Shown here one piece after another: positions 40,822-51,881 of a stretch of 64,000 nt of DNA. Source of the DNA: Escherichia coli (lineage in GTDB: Bacteria; Pseudomonadota; Gammaproteobacteria; Enterobacterales; Enterobacteriaceae); the NCBI RefSeq assembly GCF_044324785.1, contig NZ_CP172127.1. One strand, 5' to 3'. The notes under the pieces are model-generated. The model was given only the letters and a program-made list of their open reading frames with translations, made no database searches and was not told the origin of the DNA. The translations under genes and the position numbers were made by a program. Position 1 is the stretch's first letter; the number at the start of each line of letters is the position of its first letter.

Positions 40822-42648
40822 ATGGCAATAATATCGGGTGTATACGCAAATGGGGTCGGCGAGCCCGTTGTCGGCGTTCAGTTAGTATTAACAGCACGGG
40901 TCACGAGTTCACGCGTAGTAATGACCACTGTTGTAGAGCAAGAAACAGGCGCGGCGGGTGAGTACAAATTTGATATGAAGCCCGGAGTTTACGTTGTCAC
41001 TGCTAGTGCGGCATATCTCGGCGTGATTAACGTTAACCCGGACAGTGTTGACGGCACGTTAAACGACTATTTGACTAATTTTAGCGCAGACGAACTGACG
41101 CCAGCTGCGTTGGCGGAGATCCAGGAACTCGTTGCCACAGCACAAGCCGCTGCCAGTGTTGCCAGCGCCGCCGCAACGGAGGCCAGGCAGAATGCCGCCG
41201 CCGCCGCTGCTGCTGCGCAGATTTCGACGGCAGCGGCAGGGAGCGCCAGATTTGAGAATTTTGACGAAATTATCAATGTCAATACAACAGCAATGCTGGA
41301 GCTGGAAAAACCGGAGGTGTTAGATCCGGATATTGCAATAACTATCACAGAGACGATTAATTATAACTATATTGGCCCGGTAAACGGATTTTGCGACGTT
41401 ACTAGCCCGCTTGAATATAAAATTCAAATGTACGCCTACACAACAGGCGAATATTTTAACGGCGAAACAAATTTAACAGCGGACGGGAAGTTTTCTTTTA
41501 AACGTTCCTGGGCTGGTGCAAAACAATTCAGATTGGTGCGCGTAGCAGATAGTAAATGGATCACTACGCTGGAATACCCGCTGTGTATTCGCAGTTACTG
41601 GATGCCCGCTGACGCCGATCCCGAGGTAGTCAGCGTCATGAAAGACCGTTGCTACACATATGATCAGGCGTGCGCGGCGCTGGCTCTCATGGCGCAGAAT
41701 CACGAGGCGGTAGAGCGTTATGTTACGGGTCTGTGCGCCCTGGTGGGTGAAAACGGCGGCATTAAATTTTTTGTTAACCGGCTGTCCGCACAGTCCTCCC
41801 GCGAATATTACCGCACGGGTAACGCGGCGTGGGTGTTGTACGCCCTGGCATTCTATCTGAGCAAATACCCTACCGGCAGTAACGCTGAGTTAGCGCGCGC
41901 GAAATTAAACGCCGGGCTAACCTGGCTGGACGGTCTGAAGGTTGACGCCAGCGGCGACCCGCGCCACGGCTTATACATGGGCGGCAACGGTAAATATCTG
42001 GAGGACGGATCATTTGATCCGAATTATGTTGCGACCTGGTGCGCGCTCGAGCACAACGTTGATATTTATTTTTTATTCGAACTCGTTGGACGGTTAACCG
42101 ATTTTACCGGATACGAACTGCGAGCCACCACGCTGGCTGCAAATATCGTGGAAAAATTCTGGATTGAGAGCGAGGGGCGATTCCGGCAGGGCGTGCACAT
42201 TGACGGCCCGGACAACGCCGCAGCGCTGGATCAATCGAGTTGGGGCGGGATATTCGCAGTAAAAGCCGCGCCGGAGTTGGCGGAAAAATGCCGCCGTTAT
42301 ATGGAAAGATTCCGGTTCGGCACACTGGAGAGCACCGGTTATACACCGTATCACCCGGACTACGGATACAGCGGCCATAGCCGTGGCGTGTGGACCGAGG
42401 GTACAGCGGGTGTAGCACTATTCGAACGTGCGCTAGGGAACGAGCAGAGAGCTACCGATCTGATCGCGGGATTAAAACCACTGCGTAATGAATACGGCTA
42501 TCGCGACTCATGCGACGATAAAAAATACGACACACTGCCGGACTGGCCGTCGACTACAAACACCGCTTGGGTTATTTTAACATGCAAGCCGGCGGGGTTT
42601 TGGTGCGTAGATTTCCCGGTATTGGACGTTGGTATCGTCAGGTACTGA
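40822..42648 (+). CDS. Second fibre/tailspike-like protein: Stf-type N-terminal domain, Ala-rich coiled linker, C-terminal (alpha/alpha)6-glycosidase-like domain
   Basis: MAIISGVYANGVGEPVVGVQLVLTARVTSSRVV...GEYKFDMKPGVYVV...GTLNDYL parallels the lambda Stf N-terminal domain. The C-terminal 350 aa has repeated aromatic helix motifs (GNAAWVLYALAFY, WCALEHNVDIYFLF, SSWGGIF, WTEGTAGVALF). Confidence 0.65.
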   Translation: MAIISGVYANGVGEPVVGVQLVLTARVTSSRVVMTTVVEQETGAAGEYKFDMKPGVYVVTASAAYLGVINVNPDSVDGTLNDYLTNFSADELTPAALAEIQELVATAQAAASVASAAATEARQNAAAAAAAAQISTAAAGSARFENFDEIINVNTTAMLELEKPEVLDPDIAITITETINYNYIGPVNGFCDVTSPLEYKIQMYAYTTGEYFNGETNLTADGKFSFKRSWAGAKQFRLVRVADSKWITTLEYPLCIRSYWMPADADPEVVSVMKDRCYTYDQACAALALMAQNHEAVERYVTGLCALVGENGGIKFFVNRLSAQSSREYYRTGNAAWVLYALAFYLSKYPTGSNAELARAKLNAGLTWLDGLKVDASGDPRHGLYMGGNGKYLEDGSFDPNYVATWCALEHNVDIYFLFELVGRLTDFTGYELRATTLAANIVEKFWIESEGRFRQGVHIDGPDNAAALDQSSWGGIFAVKAAPELAEKCRRYMERFRFGTLESTGYTPYHPDYGYSGHSRGVWTEGTAGVALFERALGNEQRATDLIAGLKPLRNEYGYRDSCDDKKYDTLPDWPSTTNTAWVILTCKPAGFWCVDFPVLDVGIVRY

Positions 42649-42676
42649 CAATTATAATTTTTGGAGTTTTTTATAC

Positions 42677-43096
42677 ATGGTCGTTAAAAATATTCTTGCC
42701 TTTGGGATTATGTGTGCGCTTGCTGGTTGTGCAACCAAGCCAGTCTCAAACGAGCAGGCTACTCCCGTTCCAGAAAAACAGGTAATCAATAGCGCAATAC
42801 TCGAAAAAAGAGATGGGACAGGAGAGGTGATCATCAAGCGTGATTCGGGTTTCTTTGGGAGCGCGTGCTTTTCCCGTGTTTATGTTGATGGTAAAGAGGT
42901 GGCAGATTTAGGTACAGCTCAGAAAGTCGTTGTATACCCAACGATTGGTGATCATGTCTTCAGCGCGTGGCCAAAAGGAGTATGTGGTGGTGGCATGAGT
43001 GAGCAGGCGGGCAAGGTGACAACAGATCGTACTTTGATGTATCGCATAGGTTACGGTTCAAACGGTGAATATGGCATTCACCCAACTGCGTTTTAA
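42677..43096 (+). CDS. Lipoprotein (139 aa), DUF2846-like
   Basis: MVVKNILAFGIMCALAGC lipobox. GEVIIKRDSGFFGSACFSRVYVDGKEVADLGTAQKVVVYPTIGDHVF resembles the DUF2846 pattern. Last gene before attR. Confidence 0.65.
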   Translation: MVVKNILAFGIMCALAGCATKPVSNEQATPVPEKQVINSAILEKRDGTGEVIIKRDSGFFGSACFSRVYVDGKEVADLGTAQKVVVYPTIGDHVFSAWPKGVCGGGMSEQAGKVTTDRTLMYRIGYGSNGEYGIHPTAF

Positions 43097-43253
43097 CTGT
43101 GTTGGGTATGCGATTTTATTCGCATACCCCTTAGGGCAATTGACGATACTTCCAAATGACCATTATTTTACGTGTGGCCTCGATGTTGCGCACATGAGAG
43201 TTCTATATTCTTTCAAACAGGATTATCCCATTGATTTAATTATACTTTCGTAT

Positions 43254-43314
43254 GGTCTCGAAAACCGGAGTAGGGGCAACTCTACCGGGGGTTCAAATCC
43301 CCCTCTCTCCGCCA
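43254..43314 (+). other. attR: displaced 3-prime 61 nt of a tRNA-Ser(CGA) (serU-type) gene
   Basis: GGTCTCGAAAACCGGAGTAGGGGCAACTCTACCGGGGGTTCAAATCCCCCTCTCTCCGCCA is anticodon loop, long variable arm, T-arm and acceptor end with CCA. The 5-prime half of the tRNA is absent (preceded by unrelated ...ctttcgtat). Confidence 0.85.
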
Positions 43315-43861
43315 CTTTATCAATGACTTATCTCCCGACTTCCCGCCTTGCTTTTCCTAAACAGAACAATCGTAGAATATTCTTGAAGGGTTAGATCGTC
43401 ACTGTTTTCTGTTCGATACTGTGACATTCAGCACTTGATTCGCTATGGATCTGACAGGAAGGTTTCGAGCGAAAATCTGCAGTTATTCAGTCGTTTTCTT
43501 ATCGCTCACCATTATTCTTTTAGACATTCATCCTATGAAACTGCCGCAAAGTTGGTGGTGGGAACTGAAGTTGCGTAGAGAAGGGGGCAATAATTGAGCC
43601 AAAAAAGGAACGCGGCCGTCAGATTAAAGCCGCGGGACAAAGTCCATAATTTCCAAGAGTTGTTGAATTTCCCAGCTTTTTTGAAAGCCTTTGTATCATA
43701 CTAACAAGTAAAAAAGGTTTAAATACCAAAATTAACCTATATTTCTGGTTAGCTTTACCATGACAGATGACTTGCTTCTGGAGACATTGGCGCTGCCAGT
43801 CTGTATTGGTGAGTTGTGTATTTATTGTTCGCCGCTTTCTCGGTTTTTTTCTACAGACATA

Positions 43862-43894
43862 ATAAAAAAGACACGTCTCAAGCATGAGCGTGTC
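43862..43894 (-). terminator. zinT intrinsic terminator
   Basis: Minus strand agacacg...cgtgtct hairpin (43868-43894) followed by ttttttat. Confidence 0.7.
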
Positions 43895-43983
43895 TGAGTT
43901 TGTTTTATTTATTTGTCTTGGTAAATTATTGTCGTTACTACCAGGCACTGTTCTGTTAAATAATTGAAGTCAGCGCAAAAAAA

Positions 43984-44634
43984 TCAATGAGACATCATCT
44001 CCTCGACCACTTCTTCGCTACTCAACTGATAGGGATAATACGTTGGCCAGTTTTCCATTTCATTTAATAAAGATTGCTGTGAATCATTACCCATAAAAAT
44101 GTGAAAATGAGATGATTTTCGTGGTGCAATTATATGATCGCTAAATTGAATATATTTAGGGGCTTTGCTTTCAGGATCTTTACATTCGAATAAGTAACGA
44201 ACGCCTTTCTTGCCTGATTTATAGGTGAGTATTTTGTATCCATCATAATCATATTTACAGGATGTTGTTTCATTATTTCTATGGAATTCAACAATGCCGT
44301 CCTCAATGCCAATCATCTCGATATCTGTCACATAACCTTTGCGATAATAATCTTTAATTTCAGCAAATGTTTTAGTTTTATCTGCATCCGCTTTCTTCTG
44401 AAAGACGGGGTCAAGTTTGCCACTTTGCAGTAAAGGATAAACGGATTGCCAGACTCCATCCCAGTCACTGAGCGTTCGGTTTTGTACATTGGCATCATCA
44501 AAAACACCATTAGCAGCTTTTTGTTCGACCTCTGTTAAGGGTTTGCCGTGTGAGTGATGACCATGCGAAAAGGCAGGAGCGCTAACAATAAAGACACCTA
44601 AAGCAACAGCCAGTTTATGAAGACGAATCGCCAA
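43984..44634 (-). CDS. zinT: Periplasmic metal-binding protein ZinT (YodA)
   Basis: 216 aa, [43 protein letters not shown]..., recognised as ZinT. Confidence 0.95.
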   Translation of the reverse strand: MAIRLHKLAVALGVFIVSAPAFSHGHHSHGKPLTEVEQKAANGVFDDANVQNRTLSDWDGVWQSVYPLLQSGKLDPVFQKKADADKTKTFAEIKDYYRKGYVTDIEMIGIEDGIVEFHRNNETTSCKYDYDGYKILTYKSGKKGVRYLFECKDPESKAPKYIQFSDHIIAPRKSSHFHIFMGNDSQQSLLNEMENWPTYYPYQLSSEEVVEEMMSH

Positions 44635-44666
44635 AACAGTTTCCTCCAGAGTTAATGTATATGATG

Positions 44667-44689
44667 TGTAATGTTATATTGTAACATAT
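44667..44689. promoter_or_regulatory. Zur box in the zinT promoter
   Basis: tgtAATGTTATATTGTAACATat palindrome, ~35 bp upstream of the zinT start. Matches the Zur consensus core. Confidence 0.8.
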
Positions 44690-44821
44690 AACAAAATGCA
44701 ACAACTCTTAGGAGACAAGAGAATAGTTATCTCAGGTGTGCTTATCTATCTTATTGAAATAAAATAAATTATGTCGATGATTTGAGGTTGATGACAAACG
44801 AAACATAACTTGATGTGATCT

Positions 44822-44860
44822 GCGTAGGCCGGATAGGGCGCTCGCGCCGCATCCGGCAGG
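44822..44860. repeat. REP (repetitive extragenic palindromic) element
   Basis: gcgtaggccggatagggcgctcgcgccgcatccggcagg between zinT and msrQ. Confidence 0.8.
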
Positions 44861-44890
44861 GATAACGCGTACTTTGTCGGCAATATGAAG

Positions 44891-45526
44891 TTATACAGAT
44901 AATTTGTTGTGAACCTGCTTGCGTAACCGGTTAAAAAGGGAACGCAACTTCTTATACCGTAAGGCTAAAAGCAGTACAGCCAGCCCAGCGTAGATGAGTG
45001 GCTGCGGTGAAATAATCTTCACTGACCACAGATAATGTACTGGGGCAAGGATCGCGACAAGATAGACGAAGTTATGCAACTGTTGCCAGTTTTTGCCGAG
45101 TTTTCGCTGCATCGCCTGGGTTGAAGTGAACGCTAAAGCAAGCAAAATTATCCAGCTGATAATACCTAACGTTAAATAAGGCCGGGTAATTAACTCCTTG
45201 CCTAATAACGCCAGATTATTCACGCCCAGCTCCAGTAATGCGTAACTGGTTAAATGCAGTGTCGCCCAGGCAAAGCACCATAAGCCTAACAGGCGGCGAG
45301 TGCGTATCAATAACGGCTGTTTTGCGTAGCGTGCCAGAGGTGTGATTAACAAGGTCGCCAGCAAAAATTTCAGTGCAGTGCGACCAGTAAAATGCTGAAT
45401 ATCTTTCACCGGATCGGCACCCAATCCACCGTGATTAATCGCCCAGACCAGCCAGAGAAACGGCAACAATCCGGCAAGATGCAGGCAAACTTTCAGCCAT
45501 GTCACCTGTTTTGCTGTCAGACGCAT
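44891..45526 (-). CDS. msrQ: Methionine sulfoxide reductase heme-binding subunit MsrQ (YedZ)
   Basis: 211 aa, [35 protein letters not shown]..., recognised. Confidence 0.95.
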   Translation of the reverse strand: MRLTAKQVTWLKVCLHLAGLLPFLWLVWAINHGGLGADPVKDIQHFTGRTALKFLLATLLITPLARYAKQPLLIRTRRLLGLWCFAWATLHLTSYALLELGVNNLALLGKELITRPYLTLGIISWIILLALAFTSTQAMQRKLGKNWQQLHNFVYLVAILAPVHYLWSVKIISPQPLIYAGLAVLLLALRYKKLRSLFNRLRKQVHNKLSV

Positions 45527-46537
<1,011 letters not shown>

Positions 46538-46639
46538 TCACACTTTTTTGTCTTTAGCCAGCAAGAGCCGTTTACTGTTAATCTGTCAGGGAGTCACCTC
46601 CCTAACAGTAGCAGAGATCTGCTTTTACATATTTATGCA

Positions 46640-47053
46640 TTAACTGCCACGATAGGTTGAATACCCATATTGGCTAAGTAATAAAGGCACATGATAATGC
46701 TCGTTCACTTTATTAATATGAAATTCAACGGGGATCTCAGGGAAGAAACTTTCAAGATTTTGTTTCTTGAAATAGTCCCCGGTTTTAAATACGACACGGT
46801 AATCGCCCGTAGTTGCAGTTTGCTCGGGCCACAGTGCCTTAATTCGTCCATCCTTATCTGTTTTGGCGGTATTAAGTTGTAACCAGCCGTTATCCGCTTT
46901 CTTTTCAAGAGTGACTGTCACGTCGGCAGCGGGTTTTCCTGTTTGCTGGTTCAAAATGTGCACGCTAAGAATGTTTTGTTGTGCAGCATAGACCAAAGAA
47001 GGTAATGAAAATGCAGCCGTTACTACGGAGAGTACTAAATAACGCTTTAACAT
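46640..47053 (-). CDS. hiuH: 5-hydroxyisourate hydrolase (transthyretin-like) HiuH (YedX)
   Basis: 137 aa ending ...[19 protein letters not shown]; recognised. Confidence 0.95.
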   Translation of the reverse strand: MLKRYLVLSVVTAAFSLPSLVYAAQQNILSVHILNQQTGKPAADVTVTLEKKADNGWLQLNTAKTDKDGRIKALWPEQTATTGDYRVVFKTGDYFKKQNLESFFPEIPVEFHINKVNEHYHVPLLLSQYGYSTYRGS

Positions 47054-47122
47054 GTTTATATCCTTGTCATGTGAATGAGTTTTGAGGATAGCGAAAAAGC
47101 GTCCAGGGTAACCTTACAGAAG

Positions 47123-47140
47123 CATTACAATTTTGTAATG
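47123..47140. promoter_or_regulatory. HprR/CusR-type box in the hiuH-hprR intergenic region
   Basis: CATTACAATTTTGTAATG, a perfect palindrome between the divergent hiuH and hprR genes. Confidence 0.7.
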
Positions 47141-47185
47141 AACCAGGCTGTTTCTATAACATATGATTTATGGCATATTATTTTC

Positions 47186-47857
47186 ATGAAGATTCTACTT
47201 ATTGAAGATAATCAAAGGACCCAGGAATGGGTAACGCAGGGGCTTTCCGAAGCGGGTTATGTCATTGATGCCGTTACTGATGGCAGAGATGGGCTTTATC
47301 TTGCGCTGAAGGATGATTATGCATTGATCATTCTGGATATTATGCTTCCGGGTATGGATGGCTGGCAGATCTTACAAACGTTAAGAACGGCAAAGCAAAC
47401 TCCTGTTATTTGCCTTACTGCAAGAGATTCTGTCGATGACAGAGTCAGAGGGCTGGACAGTGGGGCAAATGATTATCTGGTAAAACCTTTTTCATTTTCT
47501 GAGTTGCTGGCAAGGGTTCGGGCACAATTAAGGCAACATCACGCTTTGAATTCAACATTAGAAATCAGCGGCTTAAGAATGGACTCTGTTAGTCAAAGTG
47601 TGAGCAGGGACAATATCAGTATTACACTGACGCGCAAGGAGTTTCAGTTACTTTGGCTACTGGCCTCCAGAGCTGGCGAAATTATACCCAGAACGGTTAT
47701 TGCGAGTGAAATTTGGGGAATCAACTTTGATAGTGATACCAATACGGTGGATGTCGCCATTCGCAGGCTCCGCGCAAAAGTTGATGATCCTTTTCCTGAA
47801 AAGCTAATCGCCACAATCCGGGGGATGGGCTATTCATTCGTAGCGGTAAAAAAATAA
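47186..47857 (+). CDS. hprR: OmpR-family response regulator HprR (YedW)
   Basis: MKILLIEDNQRTQEWVTQGLSEAGYVIDAV... 223 aa. The ORF track extends upstream, but ATG 47186 matches the known start. Confidence 0.95.
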   Translation: MKILLIEDNQRTQEWVTQGLSEAGYVIDAVTDGRDGLYLALKDDYALIILDIMLPGMDGWQILQTLRTAKQTPVICLTARDSVDDRVRGLDSGANDYLVKPFSFSELLARVRAQLRQHHALNSTLEISGLRMDSVSQSVSRDNISITLTRKEFQLLWLLASRAGEIIPRTVIASEIWGINFDSDTNTVDVAIRRLRAKVDDPFPEKLIATIRGMGYSFVAVKK

Positions 47858-49215
47858 TGAAAAGATTATCTATAACCGTCCGTTTAACCTTGCTTTTTAT
47901 ATTGCTGCTGTCTGTTGCTGGCGCTGGAATTGTCTGGACTCTCTATAATGGCCTGGCAAGTGAGTTGAAATGGCGCGATGATACAACACTCATTAACCGG
48001 ACAGCGCAGATCAAGCAGTTGTTAATTGATGGGGTAAATCCAGATACGTTACCTGTGTACTTTAACCGGATGATGGATGTTAGTCAGGATATCTTGATCA
48101 TTCATGGTGATGGCATCAATAAAATTGTTAACCGGACGAATGTCAGTGATGACATGTTAAATAACATACCTGCTACTGAGACAATCAGCGCAGCTGGCAT
48201 TTACAGAAGCATTATTAATGACACTGAGATAGATGCTTTACGAATTAATATTGATGAAGTTTCGCCATCATTAACGGTTACTGTGGCTAAATTGGCTTCA
48301 GCCAGACATAACATGCTTGAACAGTATAAAATTAATAGCATTATAATTTGCATTGTCGCCATTATACTGTGCTCAGTATTAAGTCCGTTGTTAATCAGAA
48401 CGGGGTTACGAGAGATCAAAAAGTTGAGTGGTGTAACGGAAGCGCTGAATTATAACGATAGCCGAGAGCCTGTTGAGGTTAGCGCATTACCGAGAGAACT
48501 AAAACCTCTTGGGCAGGCGTTGAATAAAATGCACCAAGCCTTAGTCAAAGATTTTGAACGCCTAAGTCAATTTGCTGACGATCTCGCTCATGAACTTAGA
48601 ACGCCAATTAATGCATTACTGGGTCAGAATCAGGTTACGCTCAGTCAAACCAGAAGTATCGCTGAATATCAAAAAACAATTGCCGGAAACATTGAAGAGC
48701 TGGAAAATATTTCGCGGTTAACAGAGAACATACTGTTTCTTGCCAGGGCAGATAAAAACAATGTTTTGGTGAAACTGGATTCGCTTTCTCTCAATAAGGA
48801 AGTCGAAAATTTGTTGGACTATCTTGAATACCTTTCAGACGAGAAAGAGATTTGCTTTAAGGTCGAGTGCAATCAGCAAATCTTTGCGGATAAAATTTTA
48901 CTGCAACGAATGTTATCGAATCTTATTGTTAACGCTATTCGATATTCACCAGAAAAATCGCGCATTCAGATAACCAGTTTTCTTGATGCCAACGGCTCTC
49001 TTAATATTGATATCGCCAGCCCTGGAACGATAATTAATGAGCCTGAAAAACTCTTCCGTAGATTTTGGCGGGGAGATAATTCGCGTCATTCCGTAGGTCA
49101 GGGACTTGGTCTTTCTTTAGTCAAAGCGATTGCCGAATTGCATGGGGGAAGTGCTACGTATCACTATCTCAATAAGCATAACGTGTTCCGAATTACGTTA
49201 CCGCAAAGAAATTAA
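47857..49215 (+). CDS. hprS: Sensor histidine kinase HprS (YedV)
   Basis: 452 aa, with H-box LSQFADDLAHELRTPIN and a C-terminal ATPase domain; recognised. Confidence 0.95.
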   Translation: MKRLSITVRLTLLFILLLSVAGAGIVWTLYNGLASELKWRDDTTLINRTAQIKQLLIDGVNPDTLPVYFNRMMDVSQDILIIHGDGINKIVNRTNVSDDMLNNIPATETISAAGIYRSIINDTEIDALRINIDEVSPSLTVTVAKLASARHNMLEQYKINSIIICIVAIILCSVLSPLLIRTGLREIKKLSGVTEALNYNDSREPVEVSALPRELKPLGQALNKMHQALVKDFERLSQFADDLAHELRTPINALLGQNQVTLSQTRSIAEYQKTIAGNIEELENISRLTENILFLARADKNNVLVKLDSLSLNKEVENLLDYLEYLSDEKEICFKVECNQQIFADKILLQRMLSNLIVNAIRYSPEKSRIQITSFLDANGSLNIDIASPGTIINEPEKLFRRFWRGDNSRHSVGQGLGLSLVKAIAELHGGSATYHYLNKHNVFRITLPQRN

Positions 49216-49322
49216 TATATGTCTTCAGTACGCCTTAAATTAACCATGAAAAAACGCAGCTACGTCGTGAGTATTAACGTGGCTGCGATTGATTATGCGC
49301 TTACATTACAATGTAACAGGGA

Positions 49323-50174
49323 TTAACTCGAGTAAGCGGCCAGCATTTCCTGCGCCGCCAGTTTACCCAACGCATTCGCTGCGAAAGGACTGTCGCCGGT
49401 GAGAACTTTACGGTCCTTATGTACTCGTCCGGTGATGTCGTCATTAATGATGTTCATGCCCATTTTCTTCAGCTCTTCGCCGAAGTACCAGGTGAGATGA
49501 CCCGGCATATAGCCTATCTCTGGCGTTTGTTTGTCTGCGGCGTCTGGGAATGCGCAAATGGAATAACCATTCAGTGGGTTATCGCCGTGGCGAAGCGCCA
49601 GAAAAGCCGCCGGGCCGTGGCAAAGGGAGATAACAAAACGGTCATTTTTGATTGCCCACTGTAAAGCGGCAGCTACGTCCTGGCTTTCAGGTAAACCAAT
49701 AAGTGCGCCATGACCACCAGGAACAAAGATTGCTGCATATTCGCTGTCAGCGTTGAGGCTGGCGACAACATCCGCGAGTTTCTTCGGATTGCGGAACAAC
49801 GATTTATGCTGCTCAAAGAATGGCATTACTTTTTCATCTTTGTGCGGCATAGCCCAGTATTCAAACTTGGTCATCAGACCGGAAATGGTCGCCACTTCGA
49901 ATTCGAAACCTGCAGCATGGAGATGATACAACGGCAGCAACGTTTCAATCGGATGGTTACCGGTCGAGAACAGTTTTCCGTTATCGGTCGGCAAATAACG
50001 TTCGTCCGCGGCGATCACCAGAATTTTATGTTTACCGCGATACGGTTTTGGATAGTCCACGCCATCAAGATCAGAGACAGGACTGGTATATTGGCTAAGC
50101 GAATATTCTGAAGGGAAGAATGCATTATCTTCAGCAATATCGACCTGCGGATTTTTACTTGTTTGAACAGTCAT
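49323..50174 (-). CDS. hchA: Hsp31 glyoxalase/chaperone HchA
   Basis: 283 aa, MTVQTSKNPQVDIAEDNAFFPSEYSLSQYTSPVSDLDG..., recognised. Confidence 0.95.
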   Translation of the reverse strand: MTVQTSKNPQVDIAEDNAFFPSEYSLSQYTSPVSDLDGVDYPKPYRGKHKILVIAADERYLPTDNGKLFSTGNHPIETLLPLYHLHAAGFEFEVATISGLMTKFEYWAMPHKDEKVMPFFEQHKSLFRNPKKLADVVASLNADSEYAAIFVPGGHGALIGLPESQDVAAALQWAIKNDRFVISLCHGPAAFLALRHGDNPLNGYSICAFPDAADKQTPEIGYMPGHLTWYFGEELKKMGMNIINDDITGRVHKDRKVLTGDSPFAANALGKLAAQEMLAAYSS

Positions 50175-50765
50175 AGTGTATTCCTTATTGTTGCTTAGTT
50201 AGGGTAGTCACTATATTTGCGACTGAGCTGGTCGCTATTTTTAACCAGGCTGGAAAATTGAGTCAATATATCGAAAGCGGTAGTCGGCGGGTGTAAGTAT
50301 GTAATGATGATGCTGCACTGGTGTTGAATATTATTCACGCCAAATTTTCCTTATTGAGCTACGTCGTCGCAAGTGGCCTCAATGATTTTAGACCATTATC
50401 AAAGGTACGGGGCGGCGGGGAGAGATTTAGTTATGTGGAATATTATGGTACTGATGAATATTTATATCCCGGATTGGCAGAGAAAAAGCTTTTTTCATGC
50501 ACTATTTTTGCAAATATTTCTATATGGGAGGCGGTTTTGTTGCGGATTAATTCATAAAGAAATGCATTTGGGTGTTGGCTGGAAGAGACGCTAGTAGATT
50601 TTATTGAGCCAGGAGGGGCGGGGTAATGTGCTGTATCGATATGCTTTGGCAATTGCGTGTGCCGCAGATGGAGATGAAATGCCAATAAAAAAGCCTGAGT
50701 TCGATGAGGGACGAACTCAGGCTATTGTTATGTTTTACAGTAACACGCCGCAGCGCGTTGGCTGA

Positions 50766-51881
50766 TTAGAACTGGTAGACGATACCAACTGCAAACTGGT
50801 CATCAGCTGCTGCGCCAGTAATGGCGGCGTCATCTTTATCCAGCATGTTGAATTTGTATGCAGTATAAACGTTCATGTTCTTATTGAAGTAGTACCAGGT
50901 ACCAACTTCAATGTAGTTCACACGGTCAGCGTCAACATATCTATGTCCAGGTACACCTTTGATATCTTTACCTTTAGAATACACATAACCTAAGGACGGA
51001 CGCAGACCAAAGTCGAATTGATACTGAACAACCGCTTCAAAGTTCTGGGTTTCATTGATAAGTTGATCACGCATTATTGTATTGCCTTCTCGATCGGCAA
51101 CACCTGTATCAATAGAACCCGGAGTCATATTACGAGTTTCACCGTACATTACAGCTGCGTAGACATTGTTCGCGTCATACTTTGCAGCCAATGACCACAG
51201 TTCAGCATTTGAACCGTTTCCATCGGCAACTTGATCGTTGGTGCGATCAGATTTGCTATATGCACCAACGATACCAAAACCATTGATGTTATAGTCTACA
51301 GACAACGCATAGCCGTCACCATTTTGTTTCTTAGTGCTACGGTTGCTGTTTTTGCCTTGGTACTGAATCGCAAAATCAAGACCATCAACCAGGCCAAAGA
51401 AATCATAGTTACGGTAGGTTGCAACACCGTTGGTACGACCATTCATGAAGTTGTCAGCGGAAGCCCAGGAATCGCCACCCCATTCAACTAACATATCGGT
51501 ATAAGCTGCGGCATCATAAGCAACACCGTAGTTACGGCCATAGTCAAATGATCCTAACTCGTTATATTTCAAACCGGCGAAGGTTAAACGGGTTTTTTCC
51601 TGGTTTTCACCTTCAGGTTTGCTGGCGTCGAGGTTGTATTCAAACTGACCGAAACCAGTCAGTTCGCTGGTGATTTGGGTTTCACCTTTAACACCGAAAC
51701 GAGCATAGGAGGTATCTTCGTTTTCGCTGTTATTATCATCAGTATTTGACCAGATGCGTTCGCCAACCATCTTGCCGTAGAAATCAACTTTATTGCCATC
51801 TTTATTATAAATTTCAGCCGCATTTGCTGCGCCAGCAACTAATAACGCCGGGACCAGCATTGCCAGAACTTTTCTTTTCAT
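50766..51881 (-). CDS. yedS: OmpC/OmpF-family general porin, intact YedS-type
   Basis: Signal peptide [32 protein letters not shown]-terminal ...VGIVYQF. Occupies the yedS position between hchA and yedR. Confidence 0.8.
   Translation of the reverse strand: MKRKVLAMLVPALLVAGAANAAEIYNKDGNKVDFYGKMVGERIWSNTDDNNSENEDTSYARFGVKGETQITSELTGFGQFEYNLDASKPEGENQEKTRLTFAGLKYNELGSFDYGRNYGVAYDAAAYTDMLVEWGGDSWASADNFMNGRTNGVATYRNYDFFGLVDGLDFAIQYQGKNSNRSTKKQNGDGYALSVDYNINGFGIVGAYSKSDRTNDQVADGNGSNAELWSLAAKYDANNVYAAVMYGETRNMTPGSIDTGVADREGNTIMRDQLINETQNFEAVVQYQFDFGLRPSLGYVYSKGKDIKGVPGHRYVDADRVNYIEVGTWYYFNKNMNVYTAYKFNMLDKDDAAITGAAADDQFAVGIVYQF

Larger units (their letters stand above)
1..43314 (+). mobile_element. 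Mosaic temperate prophage (immunity region through tail genes; integrase end is left of the window): lambda-like head genes plus P2-like contractile-tail genes
   Basis: Contiguous phage modules in lambdoid order, ending at a 61-nt tRNA-Ser 3-prime fragment (43254-43314). Conserved E. coli core genes begin after it. Confidence 0.9.

Noticed and set aside
41130-41240. GCC/GCA-rich run that looks like a tandem DNA repeat
   Set aside because: It is in frame within the 608-aa fibre gene and encodes an Ala-rich coiled linker (..AAQAAASVASAAATEARQNAAAAAAAAQISTAAAG..). It is not a separate repeat locus.
43619-43948. 109-aa minus-strand ORF between attR and zinT, considered as a yodB candidate
   Set aside because: No similarity to the cytochrome b561-like YodB sequence and no hydrophobic helices. 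It spans the zinT terminator hairpin and is likely spurious.
49290-49320. TTACATT-AC-AATGTAA palindrome between the convergent hprS and hchA genes, considered as a second HprR/CusR-type box
   Set aside because: It lies downstream of both genes rather than in a promoter. It is most simply a shared transcript-end hairpin, and the half-site differs from the 47123-47140 box.
50321-50685. Three overlapping 73-80 aa ORFs between hchA and the porin gene
   Set aside because: Mutually exclusive frames in an AT-rich intergenic region, with no start signals or recognisable sequence.
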